From contig JAUIBF010000002.1 of the NCBI GenBank assembly GCA_030428125.1, positions 15,910 to 79,909 of the forward strand: a stretch of 64,000 nt of DNA, read 5' to 3'. The stretch is from a bacterium (GTDB taxonomy: Bacteria > Patescibacteriota > Saccharimonadia > Saccharimonadales > SZUA-47). This document shows, piece after piece, positions 27,877-36,126 of this stretch; position 1 is the first letter of the stretch; the number at the start of each line of letters is the position of its first letter. The position numbers and the translations under genes were made by a program. The notes under the pieces were generated by a model. It did not search any database, was not told the origin of the DNA, and saw nothing but the letters and a program-made list of their open reading frames with translations.

Positions 27877-28404
27877 TTAGTTGAATTCAAAAGATTCGAT
27901 AAACTCTCGTGAATCGAAAGCTCTCTCGTCTGTAGTAAAAATTCTGACTAATTTTCCGTTCTTTTCGAACCAGTAAATATTAATCGTCCCACCACCTGCA
28001 GCGTCGCCTGTAATTTTTGTTACTGCAGTACTTACATCACCATCAAACTCTACATCTTCTACAAAATCTTGGTCTAAATTCGAGAGATACTCACCTAAAC
28101 TCATATTGACTTCGCTTGGTTGCAGGCTGATTTGATATTCACCCTCTGGTCCTTGTATAAAAATCTCGCTGTATTGATCGTCTTCGGTTTCTGAGACTGT
28201 TGCATTTTCAGGATATTTGAAGCTTATACCGTATTTTTCGCTTTCATAATCAACCCAAATCACCTCGTTAAGCCCACCACTAGAGCTATCCGAAGTATCT
28301 TTGGTGGAATTAAGCCAAACAAATACAAGGGCAAACGTTAGCAATAGGGCTAACGCAACGAGCAGTGAAGCAAGCAGTCTTCTTTGCTTATTAATATTTT
28401 TCAT
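27877..28404 (-). CDS. hypothetical N-terminally anchored protein
   Basis: 175 aa. The single N-terminal TM segment (LLASLLVALALLLTFALVFVWL) is followed by a globular acidic domain. Confidence 0.55.
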   Translation of the reverse strand: MKNINKQRRLLASLLVALALLLTFALVFVWLNSTKDTSDSSSGGLNEVIWVDYESEKYGISFKYPENATVSETEDDQYSEIFIQGPEGEYQISLQPSEVNMSLGEYLSNLDQDFVEDVEFDGDVSTAVTKITGDAAGGGTINIYWFEKNGKLVRIFTTDERAFDSREFIESFEFN

Positions 28405-28510
28405 TAGCTATATTTAACCATTAGCATCTTTTTGGTACAACTTTTTGAGCCTAGACTAAACAAAACTTGCCAACAAGTTACCACTTGGACTAAAAACTTT
28501 ACTCTAAAAT

Positions 28511-28543
28511 AAATCGGATTTAAATCGGAGTTAACTCCGATTT
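28511..28543. terminator. repeat family 1 copy B (inverted) / terminator after purK
   Basis: aaatcggatttaaatcggagttaactccgattt is the reverse complement of the 5820..5852 unit. It lies about 50 nt downstream of the purK stop. Confidence 0.55.
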
Positions 28544-28592
28544 ACCTAAAAATAACAGATTATTTTGTCGTTTGACTGGTTGCTAACCACCC

Positions 28593-29717
28593 TTAAACCG
28601 GCATTTTGTCGCGAGCAGCATGTGCCATTTCTAACGCTTCATCAGGAGTGTCGCCCAGCACGGTAATGTGGCCGATTTTTCGTGCTGGTCTAGATGATTT
28701 TCCATACAGATGCACGTGGGTATCTGGATACGCCAACACTTCATCGAGCCCTTCCCTGTCAAACGGTTCATCTCTGTGACCTAAGATATTTATCATAACT
28801 GCCGCAGGTGCTCTCATTCTTGTCGAACCAAGAGGCATGCCTGTAATTGCGCGTATGTGTTGTTCGAATTGCGAAGTCATAGCCCCTTCAATAGTCCAGT
28901 GGCCCGAATTATGTACTCTTGGCGCAATCTCATTTACCATCACATCGTCTCCCCTAAGAAACATCTCTATCGCGAATACACCAGCACCTTGCAAAACACC
29001 TAGGGTATCGTGTGCTAAGTCCGTTGCTGCTACGTGTTGTCTCTGCTCGATTCTTGCTGGTGTAATAGTTGTGTGACAGATATTTTCCTCGTGATACGTT
29101 TCTGTAACTGCATACATTGTTGTCTTACCGTCCATGTCGCGTGCGACAACCACAGATAGTTCTTTATCAAAATCCACGGTTTGTTCTGTCAGATATGGGC
29201 CAATCATATCTGCAGCATCTAAGGTAGTTTTTATGACCTCTGGGTCCGTTTCAGCAGTCACTAAATTTCCTCTACCGTCGTAACCACGTGTGCGTGTCTT
29301 AACGATGTAAGGACCAACGTTACCTAGCCCGTAAGCGATGTTGTCAATACCGTCTATAAACGGAGCAACCGGGATGTCGTTAGCTACAAGCATTTGCTTT
29401 TGCCTGAGTTTGTCCTGAATCGTTGCCAATGTTCGAGGTGAAGGTTGAATTTCTACGTCCCCTTCTTCTTCGGTGACGCATAAATAATGTGCTGGTATGT
29501 GTTCTATTTCCCAAGTTAAAACGTCAGCTTGTTCTGCCAGCTGGTCTATTGCTTGTTCGCTATCCAAGGGTGCAACGATTTCCCGAGCGCCTACCTGCGC
29601 TGCAGGACTCATTGGATCTTTGTTTGTAACTACTACATCAAAACCTAATGGTTTAGCTGCTTCTGTTAACATTCGGCCAAGCTGGCCCCCACCTACGATT
29701 CCGATTGTTTCTACCAT
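28593..29717 (-). CDS. purK: 5-(carboxyamino)imidazole ribonucleotide synthase (ATP-grasp)
   Basis: 374 aa. N-terminal IGIVGGGQLGRML and C-terminal HVHLYGKSSRPARKIGHITVLG are the characteristic PurK ends. Confidence 0.88.
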   Translation of the reverse strand: MVETIGIVGGGQLGRMLTEAAKPLGFDVVVTNKDPMSPAAQVGAREIVAPLDSEQAIDQLAEQADVLTWEIEHIPAHYLCVTEEEGDVEIQPSPRTLATIQDKLRQKQMLVANDIPVAPFIDGIDNIAYGLGNVGPYIVKTRTRGYDGRGNLVTAETDPEVIKTTLDAADMIGPYLTEQTVDFDKELSVVVARDMDGKTTMYAVTETYHEENICHTTITPARIEQRQHVAATDLAHDTLGVLQGAGVFAIEMFLRGDDVMVNEIAPRVHNSGHWTIEGAMTSQFEQHIRAITGMPLGSTRMRAPAAVMINILGHRDEPFDREGLDEVLAYPDTHVHLYGKSSRPARKIGHITVLGDTPDEALEMAHAARDKMPV

Positions 29718-29791
29718 GACTTACATTGTTAAGTAATTTACAAAAATACACAAGTAAATAAGTTTACTTGGTTAACACGTAAAGCTCATAA

Positions 29792-29831
29792 CACCTTACT
29801 GTACAAGGAACGTCCTTGTACATAGAGGGTG
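29792..29831. repeat. repeat family 2 copy B (degenerate distal arm)
   Basis: caccttactgtacaaggaacgtccttgtacatagagggtg lies in the divergent purK/GT4 intergenic region. Confidence 0.7.
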
Positions 29832-29838
29832 TTATTAT

Positions 29839-30960
29839 ATGGGTATGGATGAAAATAAAAAGCACATAGTGATAGACGCGAGAATTAGGCGCTCTAGTAC
29901 TGGTAGACCAGTTGCTCAGTTATTAGAGCACTTGCAGGAAATCGACAACGACCATCGCTATACTATAATTACCCAAAAAGACGACGACTGGGAGCCTACG
30001 AATCGTAGTTTTACGAAAGTTACTACAAGATTTAAAAACTTTAGTTTTAACCCATTGAACCAAATTTTATATTCTTGGCAACTGCATAAACTCCGTGCTG
30101 ATTTAGTTCACTTTACGCTTACCCCACAACAACCCCTGTTCTACTTCAAAAAACAAACGACTTTTACTCACGACCTGCAGATGTTTAATTTTGAACGTCG
30201 CGAAAGACTTCCAAAGCTTTTACACAAAATTCGCATGCAAGGTTATCGCCTACTGATGTGGCAAGCACACAAAAAAGCGACTCATATAATCGTGCCAACG
30301 GAGTTTGTGAACGACGACGTATGTAAGCGTTACTTATTCGTAAATCGCAAGATTACTACAGTCCTTGAAGCCAGTGAGCCCCCACTACCCGGGAAAGCTA
30401 GAGCTCCTGAAAACGCTCCTGAGGAATTCATCATGTATACCGGAAGCGCCTTCCCACACAAAAATTTGGAAAGATTAATCAGCGCTTTCTGCGTGCTTAA
30501 AGAACACCATCCAGACCTCAAGCTTGTGCTAGTTGGTAAGCGAGAATACCATTCTAAAAAGCTAGAGAAGTGGGCTAAAACTCAACCTTGTTTTGACGAT
30601 TTAATCTTTACGGGCTTCATTCCTGACCAAGAACTAAAGTGGTATTACCAGAACGCTCGAGCTTACGTATTTGCTAGTCTATCAGAGGGTTTTGGCTTAC
30701 CCGGACTTGAAGCAATGGTTCACGGATGTCCTGTTGTTAGCAGTGACTTTAGCTGTTTACCAGAAGTCCACGGCGATGCCGCACACTATTTTAACCCTGA
30801 AGATATCCAGGATATGGCGCATAAGATCGATGAGGTTATAAGCAGTGAACCCCTGCGCAAAAAGCTAACTGCACTTGGACACGAAAACGCCAAGCGCTTC
30901 AGTTGGAAGAAGTTCACCACTCAAACACTAGAAGTATTCAACAATATACTAGTTAAGTAG
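29839..30960 (+). CDS. glycosyltransferase family 4
   Basis: SLSEGFGLPGLEAMVHGCPVVSSDFSCLPEVHGDAAHYFNP is the GT4 C-terminal motif. Confidence 0.88.
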   Translation: MGMDENKKHIVIDARIRRSSTGRPVAQLLEHLQEIDNDHRYTIITQKDDDWEPTNRSFTKVTTRFKNFSFNPLNQILYSWQLHKLRADLVHFTLTPQQPLFYFKKQTTFTHDLQMFNFERRERLPKLLHKIRMQGYRLLMWQAHKKATHIIVPTEFVNDDVCKRYLFVNRKITTVLEASEPPLPGKARAPENAPEEFIMYTGSAFPHKNLERLISAFCVLKEHHPDLKLVLVGKREYHSKKLEKWAKTQPCFDDLIFTGFIPDQELKWYYQNARAYVFASLSEGFGLPGLEAMVHGCPVVSSDFSCLPEVHGDAAHYFNPEDIQDMAHKIDEVISSEPLRKKLTALGHENAKRFSWKKFTTQTLEVFNNILVK

Positions 30961-30964
30961 CCAG

Positions 30965-31000
30965 CACCTTACTGTACAAGGACGTTCCTTGTACAGTGGG
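30965..31000. repeat. repeat family 2 copy C (opposite orientation); probable bidirectional terminator
   Basis: caccttactgtacaaggacgttccttgtacagtgggg has its centre (aaggacgttcctt) inverted relative to copies A and B. It lies between convergent GT4 and jag. Confidence 0.7.
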
Positions 31001-31003
31001 GAT

Positions 31004-31477
31004 TTATTCGTCGGTAGGTTTTTTGAGGACGATATGACGATCGCGACCTTCGCCCTCTGATTCAGTAACTAGACCGTGCTCTCCTGCTAAACGATGAATA
31101 GTGCGGCGATCTGCAGAGTTCATAGATGGCAAGTGCTTGTCCTCGCCGGTGTCTTTTACTTCCTTGAGCCAATCGGCTGCTCGATCTTCCAGACGATGTG
31201 CTCGTTGTTTCTTGTAGTCGGCAATATCAACATTTACTCGGTTGAGTTCATATTCTTTGGATTTCAGCGCCATGCTAATCAGATACTGCATGCTGCGCAT
31301 GGTGTCGCCACGATTACCGATTAAAAAACCATTCATGTGGGTGCTGGGTACGTTCAACTCGATTACGTCTCCGTCTTCTGAGGTAGCATAAACATCTACG
31401 TTTAAGCCAAAAAAGGACAGCAGGTCTTCTAAATATTTCTTGGCGAATTGAATTGATTCTTCTGGGCCTTTATCCAT
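31004..31477 (-). CDS. jag: Jag/KhpB-type RNA-binding protein (KH + R3H)
   Basis: 157 aa. C-terminal R3H region MNSADRRTIHRLAGEHGLVTESEGEGRDRHIVLKK. It holds the conserved position downstream of yidC. Confidence 0.88.
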   Translation of the reverse strand: MDKGPEESIQFAKKYLEDLLSFFGLNVDVYATSEDGDVIELNVPSTHMNGFLIGNRGDTMRSMQYLISMALKSKEYELNRVNVDIADYKKQRAHRLEDRAADWLKEVKDTGEDKHLPSMNSADRRTIHRLAGEHGLVTESEGEGRDRHIVLKKPTDE

Positions 31478-31479
31478 AA

Positions 31480-32493
31480 CTACTTCCTCTTCTTTTTACT
31501 TTTCTTTGAGGAAGATTTCTTTTTAGTTTTTGGTTTGGTGTTAGCTTCACCTGCTTTAATAGTAGTTACCTTTACGCCACTTTTAGTGGTTGTGGTGCTA
31601 GTCTTTTTGCCAGATTTAGTAGGCTTTTTTGCTTTAGATTCTTTGAGTGGTTTTTTGGATACAACTTCTGCAGTTGCGGTAGTCATTGCATACTCATCCT
31701 GCTTAAGGAGATAGTACTGTTGCAAGAATGCTATTAGTCCGCCTGCAAACCAGTACAGCGACAAGGCCGCCGGGAATCCGATTGTTACGATAAAGATAAA
31801 TATCGGCATTACGTAGCTCATATTGCGACCCATGGCTGCGTTTACTTCAGAGGTGTCTGCCTGTTTCCCGGTGTTCGCATCACGCAATATTTCTCGTAGT
31901 TTACGACCCTGCTTATCGTTAGGCATCGTTTGTCTAATCTGGACAAACTGAATAATCGCCGAACCTAGGACTAACAAAAATGCCGGGAAATAGAAACCTT
32001 CGTCGCTATCAACTGCCGCTCTACCTAAATCAACTACCCCGAACAGTGTGTTATCAAACTGCGAGATATCTTCGTTAAGCCCTTGCATAAACTCTGTGTT
32101 TTGAATTACTGGGTATGAAAAATCATAAATTTCTTGAGGGTTATTAACCACTCGATTGAGTCCTTGGAAAAGTGCTAGAAAAATTACAATCTGTAGAGCC
32201 ATGAGCCCGATGTAAGCCATCGGTTTAATCTCGCGTTCTTTGTATAGCTCCATTGTGAGCAAGCTTTCTTGTTGCTTGTTTCCCTTGGTCTTTTCCTTGA
32301 TCTTCTTTATCTCTGGTTGAAGCTCTCGCATCGCCTTGGTATGTCGTAATTGTTTTTTAAGAAGTGGGAAAAGTGCGAACCGAATGACAATTGTGAATAA
32401 AATAATCGCTATGCCAAAGTTATGACCCGGCAAAAGCGAATATATAAGTGTTAAAACATTAAAAATTGGTTGTACAACTAGAGTTGTCCACAT
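31480..32493 (-). CDS. yidC: membrane protein insertase YidC (short, Gram-positive/Oxa1-like) with poly-Lys tail
   Basis: 337 aa. FALFPLLKKQLRHTKAMRELQPEIKKIKEK and SLYWFAGGLIAFLQQ are YidC motifs. Synteny is rnpA-yidC-jag. The C-terminus is K/T/S-rich. Confidence 0.92.
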   Translation of the reverse strand: MWTTLVVQPIFNVLTLIYSLLPGHNFGIAIILFTIVIRFALFPLLKKQLRHTKAMRELQPEIKKIKEKTKGNKQQESLLTMELYKEREIKPMAYIGLMALQIVIFLALFQGLNRVVNNPQEIYDFSYPVIQNTEFMQGLNEDISQFDNTLFGVVDLGRAAVDSDEGFYFPAFLLVLGSAIIQFVQIRQTMPNDKQGRKLREILRDANTGKQADTSEVNAAMGRNMSYVMPIFIFIVTIGFPAALSLYWFAGGLIAFLQQYYLLKQDEYAMTTATAEVVSKKPLKESKAKKPTKSGKKTSTTTTKSGVKVTTIKAGEANTKPKTKKKSSSKKSKKKRK

Positions 32494-32554
32494 TGAAATA
32501 CTTACTCCGTTTCTAATAGTTTAGCACAAGGGATGGACCCAAAAACCACTCGCT

Positions 32555-32917
32555 TTAGTTGGATAGGATTTTTTCACAGGCTTTTTGTACCTGGGAGTCT
32601 AATTTACTAGCCTCCACAGTGGCCAAGGTGTCTTTTTGGACTACAAATACTGCGTCTACGGGCTTACCCGTTAGTGTGCCCTGCTTTCGAACTGACTCAT
32701 ATAGGCGGCGGCGAATCCTATTACGTGTGACAGCTGACTTAGCTACTTTCTTGCTAACAACAACTGCCATCCTGTAGTCGGTGCGCTTGGTTTTAGAATA
32801 AAACACCTTAAAATCTGATAGCTGAACACGCCCACCTCTTACTCTAGAGACGCTGCGATGACCGTGAAATCGATTCTTTTTAGCTAGCATGGCGTTTGTT
32901 CTTTTATTATTTAGCAA
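32555..32917 (-). CDS. rnpA: ribonuclease P protein component
   Basis: Basic protein of about 110-120 aa with the RNR motif region AVTRNRIRRRLYE, located downstream of rpmH. The likely true start is MLAKKNRF at about 32890. Confidence 0.9.
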   Translation of the reverse strand: MLNNKRTNAMLAKKNRFHGHRSVSRVRGGRVQLSDFKVFYSKTKRTDYRMAVVVSKKVAKSAVTRNRIRRRLYESVRKQGTLTGKPVDAVFVVQKDTLATVEASKLDSQVQKACEKILSN

Positions 32918-32973
32918 AAAATTAGAGTCAAACTCTATTGACTCTAACTATAACTTATCTAAAGAAAATTAAA

Positions 32974-33111
32974 CTATCTAGACAGTTGCTTGCGGCCTTT
33001 AACGCGTCGTGACTTCAAAACTGCGCGACCTTGTCGTGTAGACATTCGCTTCATAAATCCGTGCACTCGTGAGCGCTTCCGCTTTTTCGGTTGGAACGTT
33101 CTTTTTGGCAT
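32974..33111 (-). CDS. rpmH: 50S ribosomal protein L34
   Basis: Not in the ORF track because it is under 60 aa. The minus-strand translation is [45 protein letters not shown], a canonical L34 sequence, in the conserved rpmH-rnpA position opposite dnaA. The track ORF 32999..33250 is an out-of-frame artefact over it. Confidence 0.92.
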   Translation of the reverse strand: MPKRTFQPKKRKRSRVHGFMKRMSTRQGRAVLKSRRVKGRKQLSR

Positions 33112-33397
33112 AATCAACTAATTCTACCACTGTTAGGCGTTTTTTACAACCTCTTACGGTTGAGTGTGCGAACAGTATTTGAACGGAAATTTTACTTTTT
33201 AGAAAATTGTTTGTATAGATTATCCACTCTTCCACATGTTTTTTCCACAAATTTAACAGGGGTATGTTTTATCTGTGGAAAACTCTTCACCGGTGATGTG
33301 ATGTATCTTACAAAAAATGTTGTGAAAGAAGCTGTGGAAAAGTCCCCTGCTTTTGCAGTACTATTAATTTAACAAACGGAGGCAGGAGTAAAAGGAT
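33112..33397. promoter_or_regulatory. rpmH-dnaA intergenic region with DnaA-box cluster (oriC part 1 / dnaA promoter)
   Basis: TTATCCACT (33220), TCTTCCACA (33228) and TTTTCCACA (33241), plus the reverse-oriented tgtggaaaa at about 33274 and about 33334. That is five 9-mers within 1-2 mismatches of TTATCCACA. Confidence 0.65.
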
Positions 33398-34768
33398 ATG
33401 CAGGACACTGCTAGGTTATGGCAGGCAGCTTTGGGCGAGATTGAACTAACGATTTCGCGTGGCAACTTTATGACTTGGTTTAAAAGCACCCAGCTCCTTC
33501 AAGCCGACAGCACAAAAGTAATTATTGGCGTCCCCAACATCTTCATAAAACAGCAGCTTGAGCGAAAATATCAGGATTTAATAACTGACGTACTTGATAA
33601 AAATGGAGTTAGGACAGAAGTTATGGAGTTTAAGATCTTTAACGCAAAAGCACCTGCTTCGAGAAGTACCTCTGACACAATAGTCCTGGACAATGCTACA
33701 GCTAAAAAACCCAATATTAAAACTCGCTCCTCTGGTTTAAGCCACAAGTACCGTCGTGGCTTAAACGACAGGTATACGTTTGAGAATTTCATTGTGGGGT
33801 CAGGTAACGAACTAGCCTACGCTGCTTGTCAAGCAATCGCTGCAAAGCCTGGCGAGAAATACAATCCACTATTTGTATATGGGGGAGTAGGAATTGGTAA
33901 AACACATCTCATGCAAGCCGTAGGTAACGAGATTCTGAAGTCTAATCCACAGGCGCATGTTGTTTATATTTCCACCGAACAGTTTGTGCAAGAATTCTTA
34001 GACGCTATTAGATATAAGAAAAATACAGACTTTGCCGACCATTACCGAAGCGCTGACGTTTTAATCGTTGACGATATACAGTTTATTGCCGGTAAAGAAA
34101 AAACTCAGGAAGAATTTTTCCACACCTTCAACGCCCTACACCAAGCAAACAAGCAAATTATTATAAGTAGCGACAAGCCACCTAAAGACATCCCTACTTT
34201 AGAGGAGCGTCTTCGTAGTCGATTCGCCTGGGGCATGAGCATCGACATGCAAGTTCCAGACTACGAGACACGCTGTGCGATTGTGCAAACGAAAGCTCAA
34301 GCCAACAACTTACAGCTCGATAATGAGGTCGTGGATTTCCTGGCGAACTTAGTCACCACTAACATTCGTGAGCTTGAAGGTGTACTAAACCAGCTACTTG
34401 CCTTCTGTGAAATGCGAGGACTGGAACCTGACCTCCAAATAGCTCAGACGCTGTTAGGTAGTGCCAAATCTAGGCCAAAGCACGTGACACCAAAACAGGT
34501 TGTGGAGCGTACTGCCAGGTATTTCTCTGTTTCACTCGAAGACATTATGAGCCCAAAAAGAGACAAGGAAATTGTTTATCCGAGGCAAATTGCTATGTAC
34601 ATGCTGAGGAGCGAGCTACACATGAGCTTCCCTAAAATTGCTGCAGAGTTAGGGCGTAAAGACCACACAACTGCCATACACTCTGTTGAAAAGATTGAAA
34701 AAGAATCCAACTTAGACGCCGGCGTACGCCAGCAGTTAGTTGAAATTCGGGGGAGGCTATATGCGTAG
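33398..34768 (+). CDS. dnaA: chromosomal replication initiator protein DnaA
   Basis: 456 aa. Walker A GGVGIGKTHL, Walker B LIVDDIQF, sensor motifs, and the C-terminal DNA-binding KDHTTAIHSVEKI. Confidence 0.98.
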   Translation: MQDTARLWQAALGEIELTISRGNFMTWFKSTQLLQADSTKVIIGVPNIFIKQQLERKYQDLITDVLDKNGVRTEVMEFKIFNAKAPASRSTSDTIVLDNATAKKPNIKTRSSGLSHKYRRGLNDRYTFENFIVGSGNELAYAACQAIAAKPGEKYNPLFVYGGVGIGKTHLMQAVGNEILKSNPQAHVVYISTEQFVQEFLDAIRYKKNTDFADHYRSADVLIVDDIQFIAGKEKTQEEFFHTFNALHQANKQIIISSDKPPKDIPTLEERLRSRFAWGMSIDMQVPDYETRCAIVQTKAQANNLQLDNEVVDFLANLVTTNIRELEGVLNQLLAFCEMRGLEPDLQIAQTLLGSAKSRPKHVTPKQVVERTARYFSVSLEDIMSPKRDKEIVYPRQIAMYMLRSELHMSFPKIAAELGRKDHTTAIHSVEKIEKESNLDAGVRQQLVEIRGRLYA

Positions 34769-35014
34769 GGTTGTGAATAACCTGTGGATTGGTTTAGTAA
34801 AAACTGTGGGCGACTGTGGGCAAGCCGTGCAAAAGTTAGTTTTTATACACACTGCAAAAGTAGTAATTGTCGGTTCTACACATTTTTTACTCAACGAGTA
34901 CACAGCATTTGTGAACAACTTTTTTAATAAATTTACAGAGGTGAAAATCAACTTATTCACATCATCCACATGGCCTACTAAAACTATATATTTAAATAAG
35001 AAGGAGATACTTAT
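34769..35014. promoter_or_regulatory. dnaA-dnaN intergenic region with DnaA boxes and AT-rich tract (oriC part 2, candidate DUE)
   Basis: tgtgaataa (34773), tgtggatt (34784), TTATTCACA (34953), the immediately adjacent TCATCCACA (34962), then the AT-rich aaaactatatatttaaataa. The track ORFs here (34740..35018 +, 34757..34969 -) look spurious. Confidence 0.6.
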
Positions 35015-36106
35015 ATGAAGCTGACCGTCACTCAGGAGAATTTGTCTAGAGCTTTGAGCACAGTTTCTCGAATAGCAAACTCTAGAGGATCCCTGCCCAT
35101 CCTTTCAAACGTCCTATTAAAAACCGTAGACAACCAATTGATAGTTGAAGCTACAAATCTAGATGTGGCGATGAGCGAGACTATCGGGGCTAAGATTAAG
35201 ACAGAAGGGTCAATTACAGTTCCTGCCAGACTGATGCAGGATTACGTAGCTAGTTTGCCGGCATCAACCTTAACCCTAGAAGTTAAAGATTCTAAATTGC
35301 AGCTAACTACTGACCATCACAGCTCTACAATTAACGGAACTCCAGCTGACGACTTCCCTGTTATGCCGGTAATAGAAAAAGGAGATGTATTAGAGATTCC
35401 TGGCTCTGAATTTAAGCAGACCTTACAGCAGGTTTTGTTTGCTGCTTCTTCCGACGAAGCTCGTCCTGTTCTGACAGGCTTATTTCTTCACTCAATAGAC
35501 GGAAATCTATTAGCTGTCGCAACTGATTCATATCGACTGGCCGAGAAGAATGTTATGAAGACCGACAAGGACATCTCTTTATTGATCCCCGCCTCGTCCC
35601 TGCAAGATGTTTTACGAGTAATGAAAGACGACAACGCTCCAGTAAGCATTCAGTATGACGACCAACAAGCACGATTTAGTGTTGGTTCTGTAGAGTTGGT
35701 TACTAGGTTAATCGAAGGAAACTACCCTGATTACAGAAGACTCCTTCCTAAAAACTCAGATACAACAGCTGTTCTGAAGCTATCTGATTTACAAGAGATT
35801 ACTAAAGTTTCTAGCCTGTTTGCAAGAGAAGCTGCCGGTGGAGTTACTGTTTCTATTGATGAAGAAAAGCAAGATGTTAGTATTCGCTCAATCGCCTCCC
35901 AAGTTGGAGAAAACACAGCTGTTGCCGAAGCGAAAGTTTCCGGTGAAGCAGTCATAACTATGAACTCTAGATATATTCTGGACGCACTGTCGGCATTTTC
36001 AGGTGAATCAGTGTCGGTAAACGTGAATGGAAAATTAGATCCATGCTTGTTAACTGATCCAGACAATGATGACTACTTGCACGTCGTTATGCCAGTTAAG
36101 TCATAG
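35015..36106 (+). CDS. dnaN: DNA polymerase III beta sliding clamp
   Basis: 363 aa. MKLTVTQENLSRALSTVSRI...LPILSNVLL, and DSYRLA in domain II. Position after dnaA. Confidence 0.97.
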   Translation: MKLTVTQENLSRALSTVSRIANSRGSLPILSNVLLKTVDNQLIVEATNLDVAMSETIGAKIKTEGSITVPARLMQDYVASLPASTLTLEVKDSKLQLTTDHHSSTINGTPADDFPVMPVIEKGDVLEIPGSEFKQTLQQVLFAASSDEARPVLTGLFLHSIDGNLLAVATDSYRLAEKNVMKTDKDISLLIPASSLQDVLRVMKDDNAPVSIQYDDQQARFSVGSVELVTRLIEGNYPDYRRLLPKNSDTTAVLKLSDLQEITKVSSLFAREAAGGVTVSIDEEKQDVSIRSIASQVGENTAVAEAKVSGEAVITMNSRYILDALSAFSGESVSVNVNGKLDPCLLTDPDNDDYLHVVMPVKS

Positions 36107-36126
36107 AAACTAGCTATACTAGTCTT

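Noticed and set aside
27140-31000. CRISPR array formed by the repeated palindromes
   Set aside because: There are only three copies, separated by 1-2.6 kb of coding genes. They are in mixed orientation, have no regular spacer-sized intervals, and no cas genes are present.
32999-33250. 83-aa minus-strand ORF from the track
   Set aside because: It overlaps rpmH out of frame and extends into the DnaA-box region. The 45-aa L34 reading frame explains the coding signal.
34740-35018. Track ORFs 34740..35018 (+) and 34757..34969 (-) between dnaA and dnaN
   Set aside because: They lie in an AT-rich, DnaA-box-containing intergenic region that is typical of oriC. Their translations look non-protein-like.
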